From the NCBI GenBank assembly GCA_037975865.1, contig JBANFU010000065.1, positions 1 through 33,758 of the forward strand: a DNA stretch of 33,758 nt, read 5' to 3'. Shown piece after piece: positions 16,687 through 25,725 of this stretch. How positions within the stretch are numbered: position 1 is the stretch's first letter; the number at the start of each line of letters is the position of its first letter. The position numbers were made by a program, and so were the translations under genes. The notes below the pieces were generated by a model, which did not search any database, was not told the DNA's origin, and saw only the letters and a list, made by a program, of their open reading frames with translations. Origin of the DNA: Bacteroidota bacterium (GTDB taxonomy: Bacteria; Bacteroidota; Bacteroidia; NS11-12g; UBA955).

Positions 16687-18354
16687 TTAATTCACACCAC
16701 ACCATCCCAAAATCAAGTAGCTCAATCCCGCTACCAATGCACTTACAGGAATGGTTATAACCCAGGCTACCAACAAGTTACGCGTAACACCCCAGCGAAC
16801 CGCACTCAATCGCTTTGTAGCTCCAACACCAATAATGGCACCGGTAATTGTGTGTGTTGTACTCACTGGAATACCCATCTGCTCCGTCATGAACAAAGTC
16901 ATAGCACCCGAAGTCTCCGCAGCAACCCCTTCCAATGGCGTTACCTTGGTGATTTTCGTACCCATCGTCTTGATGATTTTCCAACCCCCGCTCAACGTAC
17001 CCAAACCAATGGCGGCATAACAAGCCAAGGGTACCCAATTCGGCAATTCTTTGAAATCAGAAATCTGTCCGCCTGCAATCAACGCGGCTCCAATGATACC
17101 CATTACCTTTTGAGCATCGTTACCACCGTGACCTACGCTGAAGGCCGCGCTCGACAGCAATTGAAGCTTTTTGAACATGTTGGCCATACGATTGGCTGTT
17201 GGCGTCTTCACCACCTCACAGTAGATGTAGCTCAAAATGAAAATCAAGATGACCGCATAAATACACATCAACAAGAATCGGTTATCGGCACGATCCAATT
17301 CCTTGGCCAAATCCTTTTCTATATTGATATTAAATCCTTTGACAAATTTGTCATAATCACCAATTTCGGTCACACCCAAAATCAAGGCAACCGCATGGGC
17401 CGTTGAATCGGCACCTACAACTGAGTAATTTTTGAAATACGGTTTGCATTCGTCCAAAATGGCTTCCTTCTCCTCCACGATGGCCTTCTTCGAATCATCA
17501 TAGAATGCCGCCTTCTTGGCCATTTCTAACTTGATTTTTTTGGAAACCAAATCTTTCAACTTGCCCTCAATCAAATAATCCAATGAAACCGCTTTTCCAA
17601 TCTCAGCCGCTACGTATTTACCCCCTTTGTCGTCGTAATCAGCAAGCATTCCCTTGGAAACCTCATAGTTGGCCGTGGCTTTTTCAAATTTCTTTTGAAC
17701 TGTTTCGTCTTCTGGTTTCTTCGCCAATTCCTTCTTGTACTTGTCTACCTTGTAGAATTTGGCCAAGTTCTCCTCCAACTTTGTATGTCGGAACGAATTA
17801 AACATCAACCCCAAAGCAGCCGAAGAAATCAGTATCAAGGCCATTTTCCCGTAAATGTTGCGTTTGATCGTGACCAATGTGATGAAAATTGAAATCAGCA
17901 TACCAATCAACGGAGCCAACAATATGAAATAGACCGTTTTCGAAATTTTGTCGAATTCAACCACATCGCCAAAAGGAACCCAGCCCTTGGTGTAAAAAGC
18001 ATGGGCCAAAGCGGCACCCGCAAACCCACCAATCAATGTGTGACTCGAGGAACTCGGAATCCCATACCACCAAGTCAACAAATTCCAAAAAATCGCCGCA
18101 ATCAAACCCGCCAAAATCACCGGCAATGTGATATAATTATCAATCACCGTCTTGGAAATGGTGTTGGCTACTGCGTGATCCTTGAATATGAAAAATGCCA
18201 CAAAATTGAACACCGCAGCCCATAACACCGCCTGCAAGGGCGTAAGCACCTTGGTGCTAACCACCGTGGCAATGGAGTTCGCCGCATCGTGAAAGCCATT
18301 GATGTAGTCAAACACCAAAGCCAACACTATAATGACTATTACCAACGTAGACAT
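16687..18354 (-). CDS. Inorganic phosphate transporter, PiT family
   Basis: 555 aa. Both PiT signature halves are present: N-terminal DYINGFHDAANSIAT and second-half GHGGNDAQK. A roughly 170-aa hydrophilic K/E-rich region separates them. Confidence 0.9.
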   Translation of the reverse strand: MSTLVIVIIVLALVFDYINGFHDAANSIATVVSTKVLTPLQAVLWAAVFNFVAFFIFKDHAVANTISKTVIDNYITLPVILAGLIAAIFWNLLTWWYGIPSSSSHTLIGGFAGAALAHAFYTKGWVPFGDVVEFDKISKTVYFILLAPLIGMLISIFITLVTIKRNIYGKMALILISSAALGLMFNSFRHTKLEENLAKFYKVDKYKKELAKKPEDETVQKKFEKATANYEVSKGMLADYDDKGGKYVAAEIGKAVSLDYLIEGKLKDLVSKKIKLEMAKKAAFYDDSKKAIVEEKEAILDECKPYFKNYSVVGADSTAHAVALILGVTEIGDYDKFVKGFNINIEKDLAKELDRADNRFLLMCIYAVILIFILSYIYCEVVKTPTANRMANMFKKLQLLSSAAFSVGHGGNDAQKVMGIIGAALIAGGQISDFKELPNWVPLACYAAIGLGTLSGGWKIIKTMGTKITKVTPLEGVAAETSGAMTLFMTEQMGIPVSTTHTITGAIIGVGATKRLSAVRWGVTRNLLVAWVITIPVSALVAGLSYLILGWCGVN

Positions 18355-18373
18355 AATCGTTCGTCGATAAGTA

Positions 18374-19021
18374 TTAAGCGTATTTTACAATGATGGTTTC
18401 AATCACATTCCCCACATCCTCACACTTGTCAGTGGCCACTTCCATGATTGTATAAACCTCTCTTTTGCGAATCAACTCTTTGAAATCATTCTCTACCTCA
18501 AACAAATTCTTGATGCTCATGTCAAATACGTTGTCGGCATGATTCTCAAAACTGTTGATTCTCACCAAGCTCTCCATGATTTTCTCTGGACGCTTCAATT
18601 CGCGCAATTGCATTACCGCCTTGCCAACCTCTGCCGCACTCTGCATGATGATCTCAGCCAAGCTCTGAATTCCCTGTTCGTGAGGATTTACCCCGTGGAA
18701 TTGCATTTTCTTGCACGATGCGTGAATGTAATCTGCCACATCATCCATGGCCGTTGCCAAATAGTGAATGTCCTCACGATCAAATGGCGTGATGAAGTTT
18801 TTTCCCAATTCAGTGAAAATCTTGTGTGTCAACTCATCATTCTTGTGCTCGAAATCTTCAATTTGCTTGCTAATGGTCAAACGGTTGTTTGGATCCGTCT
18901 CGAAAACAAATTGGTGCAACAAAACGCCCATCTCGGTGATGTTGGTCGCTGTCTGTTCAAACAAGCTGTAGAATACCTTGTCTTTAGGTAAAAAAACGCT
19001 GAGGATGTTGTTTAATGCCAT
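18374..19021 (-). CDS. DUF47 / PhoU-like phosphate-transport regulator (YkaA type)
   Basis: 215 aa. Helical PhoU-like sequence (FLPKDKVFYSLFEQ...). It lies 19 nt upstream of and co-directional with the PiT gene, which is the classic DUF47-Pit pair. Confidence 0.86.
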   Translation of the reverse strand: MALNNILSVFLPKDKVFYSLFEQTATNITEMGVLLHQFVFETDPNNRLTISKQIEDFEHKNDELTHKIFTELGKNFITPFDREDIHYLATAMDDVADYIHASCKKMQFHGVNPHEQGIQSLAEIIMQSAAEVGKAVMQLRELKRPEKIMESLVRINSFENHADNVFDMSIKNLFEVENDFKELIRKREVYTIMEVATDKCEDVGNVIETIIVKYA

Positions 19022-19040
19022 GATTATAAATTTATCGCAA

Positions 19041-19048
19041 CAAATTTA
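19041..19048 (-). promoter_or_regulatory. -7 promoter box TAAATTTG, 19 nt upstream of the DUF47 ATG
   Basis: Plus strand reads caaattta at 19041..19048. A second match, caaagtta, lies at 19092..19099. Confidence 0.4.
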
Positions 19049-19096
19049 CCATCAGCCCAAACACAAAATTTCCCTTAATCCATATTTAACACAAAG

Positions 19097-19432
19097 TTAA
19101 CATTGGGCATTTTTGAACATGCCCTGTAACTGATTCGTCAATGCCAAAATCTGTATCTCAAAGTCCCTATATTCCGCCGCTGAGATGATGCCCATCTCCT
19201 CCACCGCCTGCAAATAACTCATCAAACGCAAACAACGATGATAGGCATCATACATCTCCGCCCGCGTGTTTACCCCACCATCGGCACTCACCTGTTTGGC
19301 TGTTTTCATCATTTCTTGTCCCAACGACACAAAATCTGCCCGGTTCATGCGATTCACCATTTCCAGCGTATGAAAGCCCAGCTCCCAAGCGCGGTCTGAA
19401 TAATTTTGATTTTCCATGTATGCAATTTGCAT
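19097..19432 (-). CDS. Hypothetical small helical protein, possibly a divergent four-helix-bundle (23S rRNA IVS-protein-like) family member
   Basis: 111 aa, or 106 aa from the second ATG at 19417. The helix pattern AWELGFHTLEMV / LGQEMMKTAKQVSADGG / YHRCLRLMSYLQAVEEMGIISAAEY / ILALTNQL loosely matches that family. I see no strong motif. Confidence 0.45.
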   Translation of the reverse strand: MQIAYMENQNYSDRAWELGFHTLEMVNRMNRADFVSLGQEMMKTAKQVSADGGVNTRAEMYDAYHRCLRLMSYLQAVEEMGIISAAEYRDFEIQILALTNQLQGMFKNAQC

Positions 19433-19458
19433 CGCATCATGCTCACGAATCGACCATT

Positions 19459-19484
19459 TCCGTTTATACGCGATTATAAACGGA
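19459..19484. repeat. Inverted repeat or hairpin: 10-bp stem with a 6-nt loop
   Basis: tccgtttata cgcgat tataaacgga, read directly. It lies between the susD terminator and the start of the 111-aa gene. Confidence 0.6.
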
Positions 19485-19506
19485 TAGCACCCACTTAACC
19501 CAGTAC

Positions 19507-19524
19507 GCGCGGCTCACGCCGCGC
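19507..19524. repeat. GC-rich inverted repeat or hairpin: 7-bp stem with a 4-nt loop
   Basis: gcgcggc tcac gccgcgc, read directly. Confidence 0.55.
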
Positions 19525-19550
19525 TAACCAACATCCCATACCCTTAAAAT

Positions 19551-19583
19551 ACGAGGAGGGCGGCCTGCGGCCGCCCTCCTCGT
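19551..19583 (-). terminator. Rho-independent terminator downstream of susD
   Basis: 15-bp perfect stem acgaggagggcggcc / ggccgccctcctcgt with a 3-nt loop. On the minus strand it is followed by ATTTTAAG. Confidence 0.72.
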
Positions 19584-19625
19584 TTCAACCATTCGGTGCA
19601 ATCTTAAAATTACACCCAATAATAA

Positions 19626-21026
19626 TTACTTACTGTCCCACCAAACCTTCTTGTCAGCCAAGTCGTTCACACCAATCGCTCCTGGGAACTTGGTGTTGTA
19701 CAAACGCTCGTCCAAAGAATAAGGATATCTGCGGGCAATACCCGTGATCAACGCCAATGGAGAAGGACTCAATGAAGGTACCCCCGTTCTGCGCCAATCG
19801 TTGTAAGGCTCAATCATAGAGAAGCCCGACACATACTTGTGTGTCAAAATCTTATCCAAAGTGATTGATCCAGCCGTTTCACTGGCCTGAGATGTTACAT
19901 AAGCTGCAGGTGCAGGACTTCCAGTAACCAACTCAACGTGCGCCTTGATCGCGTCGTTGTGAGCTGTAGCCGCCGCTGCCTTGTTACCAGCAGCAAACTG
20001 AGCCTCTGCCTCAATGAACAACAACTCCACGTAAGTAGCCAAAGGCGTAACACTGGTTTGAGAAGCAAAATAAGAACCGAAATCACTGATGTTCTTAACA
20101 GACTGACTTCCCAACGCAGCCCCTTTGTACTGACCGCTGTCGTTTGTGGTAAAGTAGAATCCAATGCGAGGATCGTTGATGCTATTCATGATATCAACCA
20201 ATTTCGCACCAGCCAACATATAACCAGAACGCTCCACCTGGGTGAAAGCATACCACTGATTGTACTCGTTAGCATTGGTACCAAATACACAGTTGGCATC
20301 AGCAGCAGAACTGGTGAAACCAGCTGCCTTAGCCTTGGATACGTAATCCAACGCCTTGGTGTGCCAGTTGGCATCGCGGTTGCTGATACGCATCGCATAA
20401 CGCGCCTTAATCGCATAAGCCAACGCCTTCCACTTACCAGCGTCACCACCGTAAATGAAATCGTCAGAACCTGGAGTCAATGCATTGTCGGGCTTATCCA
20501 ACAATACAACAGCGTCATCCAACATGGTTTGAATCGCAGCAATGATACTCTCCTGTGAATCGTACTTGGCGCTGTAATTACCAGCTTCCCCATCCAACGC
20601 TTCAGTCCAGGGAATATCACCCCACATGTCGGTAGCTACACCCAACATCATCGCCGTCATGACCTTCGCCATACCTTGATACGCTGGATTTCCATCACCG
20701 GCTGTTTTTTCCAACAAACGCATGTTCTTCAAACCACCTTGGTAGATTACACCCCACTCGTTCTCAACGTCACCTTCATCAATGATGTAGGCACCCTGAT
20801 CCAACGATTGGTTAGAAACTCCCTCACTGTGTTGTACCCACATGCTGGTAGTTCTCGACAATGAACCGCCGTAGGTGGCAAAAATCGCCAACTGACATGC
20901 ACTGTTCAATAACGCGGGGTTCGCTTCGCTGGGTGAGTTGGGCGATACTTCATGCCCAGATACCCACTTCTTACATGAAGTGAACAAAACCGCTGTTCCT
21001 AATATGATTGCAAATAATTTTTTCAT
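19626..21026 (-). CDS. SusD/RagB-family nutrient-binding outer-membrane lipoprotein
   Basis: 466 aa. Lipoprotein signal MKKLFAIILGTAVLFTSC. It starts 21 nt downstream of the SusC-like gene. The helical TPR-like body and the C-terminal KKVWWD are typical of this family. Confidence 0.86.
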   Translation of the reverse strand: MKKLFAIILGTAVLFTSCKKWVSGHEVSPNSPSEANPALLNSACQLAIFATYGGSLSRTTSMWVQHSEGVSNQSLDQGAYIIDEGDVENEWGVIYQGGLKNMRLLEKTAGDGNPAYQGMAKVMTAMMLGVATDMWGDIPWTEALDGEAGNYSAKYDSQESIIAAIQTMLDDAVVLLDKPDNALTPGSDDFIYGGDAGKWKALAYAIKARYAMRISNRDANWHTKALDYVSKAKAAGFTSSAADANCVFGTNANEYNQWYAFTQVERSGYMLAGAKLVDIMNSINDPRIGFYFTTNDSGQYKGAALGSQSVKNISDFGSYFASQTSVTPLATYVELLFIEAEAQFAAGNKAAAATAHNDAIKAHVELVTGSPAPAAYVTSQASETAGSITLDKILTHKYVSGFSMIEPYNDWRRTGVPSLSPSPLALITGIARRYPYSLDERLYNTKFPGAIGVNDLADKKVWWDSK

Positions 21027-21047
21027 CTTTTTATCCTTTCCTAAGAA

Positions 21048-24000
21048 TTAGATTCCCAATTTGATGTTAAACATAAACGACTTCAAACCAGGGTTGTTAA
21101 AGTAGTCGAAACCACCAATGTTTGAACTTGCACCTGTCAAGCTAGTCTCAGGATCTACACCAGGATATTTGGTGCTCAACCACAAGTTGCGACCAACAAC
21201 ACCCAAGTCAACATAACTCAAGTTTTTGTTGCCCTTCAAGTTGATTCTGTAGCTTACACCCAATTCGCGCAAACGTACCCATGATCCATCGTAAACCGCC
21301 ATTTCAGCAGAGCTTCCTGGACCATCGCCCAAATAAGAACGATAGTAGTTGTACGCACTGATTTGCTTGGTGTTGTCTTCAAAAGTCAACTCGCTTTCGT
21401 TGGTAATCAAACCTGTTTTAGCATCGTATTTGGGAGTTCCGGCAGTGATACGCTTACCCTCAACAACGTAAGTTTTTGAACGATCTTCTGAAGGATCGGT
21501 GATACCATACTGCGACATACGAGCGTAAGTACCACACCAGATGTCTCCGCCCTTGCGAACGTCGATCAACGCTGTGATGTTCAAACCTTTTACGTTCAAC
21601 GTGTTACGCAATGACCCGATCCAATCAGGATAAGGATTACCGATGTTACCACGGGTGTTGTTCAATACAGGCAAACCGTTAGCACCAATAATCATAGAAC
21701 CATCTGAGTGACGCAAAATACGTGAACCGTACATCGCACCGTAAGACTGTCCTACAATGGCGTAAGATCCAATGCTAGAGAAAGCAGATTCGATGTTAAT
21801 CTCATCAACACCAGGAGCCAATGACAATACTTCGTTTCTGTTCAAACCGAAGTTTCCAGCAATTTCCCAAGTCAAGTTCTTGTTCTTGATGGCAGTTACA
21901 CCCAACATCAATTCAATACCCTTGTTGGTCATAGATCCAGAGTTCTGACGAACACTACCATATCCAGATGAAGCCGCCAATGGCATGCTCACCAACAAAT
22001 CAGTAGACTTCTGCTCGTACAATGTCAAATCGATGGTCAAACGACTGTCGAACATACGCACGTCGAAACCAATCTCTTTGCTGGTTCTGCGCTCAGGCAT
22101 CAACCCTTGGTTACCCAAGCCGTTGCCCTGACCGAAACCGTTCTGACCCAAGTAAGGGAAACCCAATCCACCGGTGAAACCATCGGTGAACAATGGCTGA
22201 CCATAATAAGTACGAGTAGCGTAAGCTGGAGGGTTGATACCCGCCTGAGCATAAGCCACACGCATCTTACCAAAGGAAATCAAACCGCCTTTATCCATCA
22301 ACTCAGAGAAAACAACCGAACCACTCACAGAAGGATAGAAGAAGCTGCTCTTCTTGTTACCGAAAGTAGAAGCCCACTCGTTACGACCGCTGGCATTCAC
22401 GTACAAGAAATTCTTGTAAGAGAATTCAGCACCTCCGAAAATCGCTGCGTTCTTGGTAGTACCATACCCTTGAGACGCATACAAATTAGAAGCATTGCTC
22501 AAGTTGTAGAAATTAGGTACCGCCAAATCACGACCGCGCAAGTACTGATCGCTAGAAGTACGGGTGTTCAAGTTGTTACCCAAAGTCATGTTTACACTCA
22601 AATCTTCATTTACCTTGCGATTGGCGTTCAATACCAAGTCGCTGTAAATTTCTTTGTAACGCAACACGTTTTGTGAAATTTCTCCCCCGGGAGAGTTATC
22701 AGGCTGCCAAGAACCAACCGCAAAAATTTGCTGACGGCTGTCTGTGTATTGGTCAGTACCTACACGATAGTTGATAGACAACCAATCATTGGCTTTGTAC
22801 TGCGCATTCACGTTACCAATGATGCGGTTTACATCATCCGTAAAGGGGTTGCGGTATACAGTCCAATAAGGGTTATCATAAATGGGGAAAAACTGATACT
22901 GTGTACCATCGGCGTTAGTATAGCCATCGGCACCTGCACCACCTGCCAAATTGAAATCAGCAGGAGCGCGCATCAAGCCCAACATAACGCCCGACAAGTT
23001 AGAACCGTTTTGAGCACGTGTACCCCCTGAATTGATCAAGTTTACACTGCTTCCTACGCTCAACTTATCAGTGACACGACTGTCGGTGTTTACACGAATG
23101 GTTGTACGCTTAAACGATGTGTTCGGTACGATACCATCCTGCTGTGTGTTACCCACAGAGAAACGGGCACTGGTGTTGTCTCCATTCACGGTGATTCCCA
23201 AGTTGTTGGTCATCGACATCGCTGTTTTGAAGAAGTTTCCAGCATTATCAAACGATTTTCCTTCGGCGATTTTAGGTCCCCATGAGTTGGGTGTGGTTGC
23301 AGATGAACCCGCATCCACCAAAGTCCAACCTACAGGTATTGTACCGGTGAAATTCTTTCTTACTCCAGCCGAGTCGATTTTCTGTCCACCCCCACCAAGT
23401 CCTTGGCCATAAGTGAACTGCTTTTCTGGCAACTTGTTCACTTTAGACCAATCCATGGTGCTCGAGAATTCAGCACTGAAACGCTTACCGCCCTTCTGAC
23501 CGCGCTTGGTGGTGATGATGATGGCACCGTTGGCACCACGAACACCATACAAAGACGCCGCAGCTGGACCTTTCAATACCGTGATGTTTTCAATGTCATC
23601 AGGGTTGATGTCCACCGCACGGTTTGAGTTGTTTACCCCTTGCAAATTGGAGTTGAAAGGATAATCTCCTGCTGTGGTTTGATCTGTGCTGTTGTCGATA
23701 GGTACACCATCCACCACAAACAAGGGTTGGTTGTTACCGGTAAACGTAGCCGCACCACGCAACAAGATTCTTGAACTAGCACCCGGCGTTCCTGATGAAC
23801 TAGTCACCAAAGCACCTGCTACTTTTGAACTCAACGCTTGAACAACGTTCTGCTCACCGGATCCCACAAGTTCTTTTCCTTTAACGGATTGAACTGCGTA
23901 ACCCAATGCGCGCTGTTGCTTCTTGATACCCAAGGCGGTTACCACCACCTCTTCTACCCTGCCGGTGTCTGTGGAAGACCCCGCTGTTTGCGCATTGACT

Positions 24001-24065
24001 GCCGCTACAGAAGATGTCAAGACCACTGCCGCCGCCAAAGGCTTGAGTAATTCTTTAAATTTCAT
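21048..24065 (-). CDS. SusC/RagA-family TonB-dependent outer-membrane transporter
   Basis: 1005 aa with a signal peptide. EEVVVTALGIKKQQRALGYAVQSV leads into the plug (ILLRGAATFTGNNQPLFVVDGVPI...ITVLKGPAAASLYGVRGANGAIIITTKRG). A long beta-barrel follows, ending in the aromatic terminus FNIKLGI. No carboxypeptidase-regulatory-like N-terminal domain is evident. Confidence 0.92.
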   Translation of the reverse strand: MKFKELLKPLAAAVVLTSSVAAVNAQTAGSSTDTGRVEEVVVTALGIKKQQRALGYAVQSVKGKELVGSGEQNVVQALSSKVAGALVTSSSGTPGASSRILLRGAATFTGNNQPLFVVDGVPIDNSTDQTTAGDYPFNSNLQGVNNSNRAVDINPDDIENITVLKGPAAASLYGVRGANGAIIITTKRGQKGGKRFSAEFSSTMDWSKVNKLPEKQFTYGQGLGGGGQKIDSAGVRKNFTGTIPVGWTLVDAGSSATTPNSWGPKIAEGKSFDNAGNFFKTAMSMTNNLGITVNGDNTSARFSVGNTQQDGIVPNTSFKRTTIRVNTDSRVTDKLSVGSSVNLINSGGTRAQNGSNLSGVMLGLMRAPADFNLAGGAGADGYTNADGTQYQFFPIYDNPYWTVYRNPFTDDVNRIIGNVNAQYKANDWLSINYRVGTDQYTDSRQQIFAVGSWQPDNSPGGEISQNVLRYKEIYSDLVLNANRKVNEDLSVNMTLGNNLNTRTSSDQYLRGRDLAVPNFYNLSNASNLYASQGYGTTKNAAIFGGAEFSYKNFLYVNASGRNEWASTFGNKKSSFFYPSVSGSVVFSELMDKGGLISFGKMRVAYAQAGINPPAYATRTYYGQPLFTDGFTGGLGFPYLGQNGFGQGNGLGNQGLMPERRTSKEIGFDVRMFDSRLTIDLTLYEQKSTDLLVSMPLAASSGYGSVRQNSGSMTNKGIELMLGVTAIKNKNLTWEIAGNFGLNRNEVLSLAPGVDEINIESAFSSIGSYAIVGQSYGAMYGSRILRHSDGSMIIGANGLPVLNNTRGNIGNPYPDWIGSLRNTLNVKGLNITALIDVRKGGDIWCGTYARMSQYGITDPSEDRSKTYVVEGKRITAGTPKYDAKTGLITNESELTFEDNTKQISAYNYYRSYLGDGPGSSAEMAVYDGSWVRLRELGVSYRINLKGNKNLSYVDLGVVGRNLWLSTKYPGVDPETSLTGASSNIGGFDYFNNPGLKSFMFNIKLGI

Positions 24066-24249
24066 AGGCTATTTAAATTGGTTTAACAAACAACGATAGT
24101 TAAGATTATGTAAATAATCAATATTTAACGACGAATTTTCAGTGAATTGATTTAAAATCTTATACACAAACACGATTTGGTGAATGCCCTCATTCCATGA
24201 ATGAACGATCAGATACCCACCCGATTTCCACCCATGCGCCTCCTGCAAC

Positions 24250-24283
24250 CAAAAAAAAGGCGCCCAAGGGCGCCTTTTTTTTC
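24250..24283 (-). terminator. Bidirectional-looking rho-independent terminator downstream of the acyl-CoA dehydrogenase gene
   Basis: aaaaaaaa ggcgcc caag ggcgcc tttttttt. A GC stem is flanked by an A8 run on one side and a T8 run on the other. Confidence 0.78.
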
Positions 24284-24300
24284 TAATCTATTAGAAGAAT

Positions 24301-25443
24301 TTATTTCAAGATATCGCGAGAAATAACCACGCGCTGTACCTCACTTGTGCCTTCATAAATTTGGGTGATTTTCGCATCGCGCATCAAACGCTCCACATGA
24401 TACTCCTTCACATAGCCATAACCACCGTGAATCTGTACCGCCTCAACCGCCGTCTTCATCGCAACCTCTGAGGCAAACAACTTCGCCATAGAACTTGCAC
24501 GGTCGTAGTTTTGATGCTGATCCTTCAACCAAGCCGCCTTCAAACACAACAATCTCGCCGCCTCAATCTCAGTAGCCATATCCGCCAACTTGAATGCAAT
24601 CGCCTGGTGATTCATGATCTCCGTACCAAACGCCTTGCGCTCCTTGGAATACTTCAATGAAAACTCATAAGCACCGCTCGCAATACCCAAAGCCTGCGCA
24701 GCAATACCAATTCTTCCACCACTCAATACCTTCATCGCAAACTTGAATCCGAAACCGTCCTCGCCAATGCGATTCGCCTTGGGCACCTTCACGTCCTGGA
24801 ACATAATGCTGTGCGTATCACTACCGCGAATACCCAACTTGTCCTCTTTCTTACCCACCGTTACACCATCCCAAGCCTTCTCAACGATAAACACATTGAT
24901 ACCCTTGTGCTTCTTCTCAACATCCGTCTGTGCGATAACCAAATAATAGCTCGCCGAATTACCGTTAGTAATCCAGTTCTTGGTACCGTTCAACACATAA
25001 TGGTCGCCCATGTCGATCGCCGTAGTGCGCTGACTCGTTGCATCGCTACCTGCCTCAGGTTCGCTCAACAAAAACGCCCCAATCTTCTGACCACTCGCCA
25101 ACTCTACCAAATATTTCATCTTCTGCTCCTCGGTTCCGTACGCCTCCAATCCCCAACAAACCAAAGAGTTGTTTACACTCATACAAACACTGGCCGATGC
25201 ATCAATCTTTGAAATCTCCTCCATCGCCAATACGTAAGAAATGGTGTCCATTCCACCCCCACCATACTTGGGGTCTACCATCATACCCATGAATCCCAAC
25301 TCACCCATCTTTTTGATCTGCTCCGCTGGAAACTTCTGCTCGTTATCACGCTCGATCACGCCGGGCAACAACTCGGTTTGTGCAAAATCGCGTGCCGCCT
25401 GCTGCACCGCCAAATGCTCTTCTGTCAATTCGAAATTCATCAT
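24301..25443 (-). CDS. Acyl-CoA dehydrogenase (short/butyryl-CoA type)
   Basis: 380 aa. Full-length similarity to ACAD enzymes: GAFLLSEPEAGSD, WITNG, a catalytic-base region ...YEGTSEVQR, and QIHGGYGY. Confidence 0.93.
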   Translation of the reverse strand: MMNFELTEEHLAVQQAARDFAQTELLPGVIERDNEQKFPAEQIKKMGELGFMGMMVDPKYGGGGMDTISYVLAMEEISKIDASASVCMSVNNSLVCWGLEAYGTEEQKMKYLVELASGQKIGAFLLSEPEAGSDATSQRTTAIDMGDHYVLNGTKNWITNGNSASYYLVIAQTDVEKKHKGINVFIVEKAWDGVTVGKKEDKLGIRGSDTHSIMFQDVKVPKANRIGEDGFGFKFAMKVLSGGRIGIAAQALGIASGAYEFSLKYSKERKAFGTEIMNHQAIAFKLADMATEIEAARLLCLKAAWLKDQHQNYDRASSMAKLFASEVAMKTAVEAVQIHGGYGYVKEYHVERLMRDAKITQIYEGTSEVQRVVISRDILK

Positions 25444-25465
25444 CGTCTTTTGATATAATTCAATG

Positions 25466-25473
25466 CAAAATTA
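25466..25473 (-). promoter_or_regulatory. -7 promoter box TAATTTTG, 22 nt upstream of the acyl-CoA dehydrogenase ATG
   Basis: Plus strand reads caaaatta at 25466..25473. Confidence 0.38.
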
Positions 25474-25479
25474 CTGCTT

Positions 25480-25716
25480 TTACTGATTATCCCTCCATTC
25501 ATACACCCATTGGGCCTGAATCATCTCCAAATGCCCTTCGTTGCTCTCCTCTCGCTGGCCAGCAAAATTGGGTATCTCCAACACCCACTCCAACAATTCC
25601 GTAAACCGAATTCGGTAAATTTTTGCCTCGCTGAAATCATCGCCAAATCGCTCGTATAATTTCATCGCAATGTCCTCGTAATCAGACCACTGTATCGGGG
25701 GTTCGTACATTTCCAT
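25480..25716 (-). CDS. iscX: IscX (YfhJ)-like Fe-S assembly accessory protein
   Basis: 78 aa, acidic. W.DYEDIAMKLYERFGD...IRFTELLEWVLEIPNF...ESNEGHLEMIQAQWVYEW parallels E. coli IscX (WTDSREIGEALYD...VRFTDMHQWICDLEDF...ASNEKILEAILLVWLDE). Confidence 0.72.
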   Translation of the reverse strand: MEMYEPPIQWSDYEDIAMKLYERFGDDFSEAKIYRIRFTELLEWVLEIPNFAGQREESNEGHLEMIQAQWVYEWRDNQ

Positions 25717-25725
25717 GCCTTTCTA

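Noticed and set aside
24066-24249. A possible riboswitch (for example cobalamin) or invertible promoter upstream of the SusC-like TonB-dependent transporter.
   Set aside because: The minus-strand leader has no B12-box-like core and no extended conserved-looking helices. There are no flanking long inverted repeats and no nearby recombinase. Only a trivial 5-bp stem (gaatg/cattc) is present.
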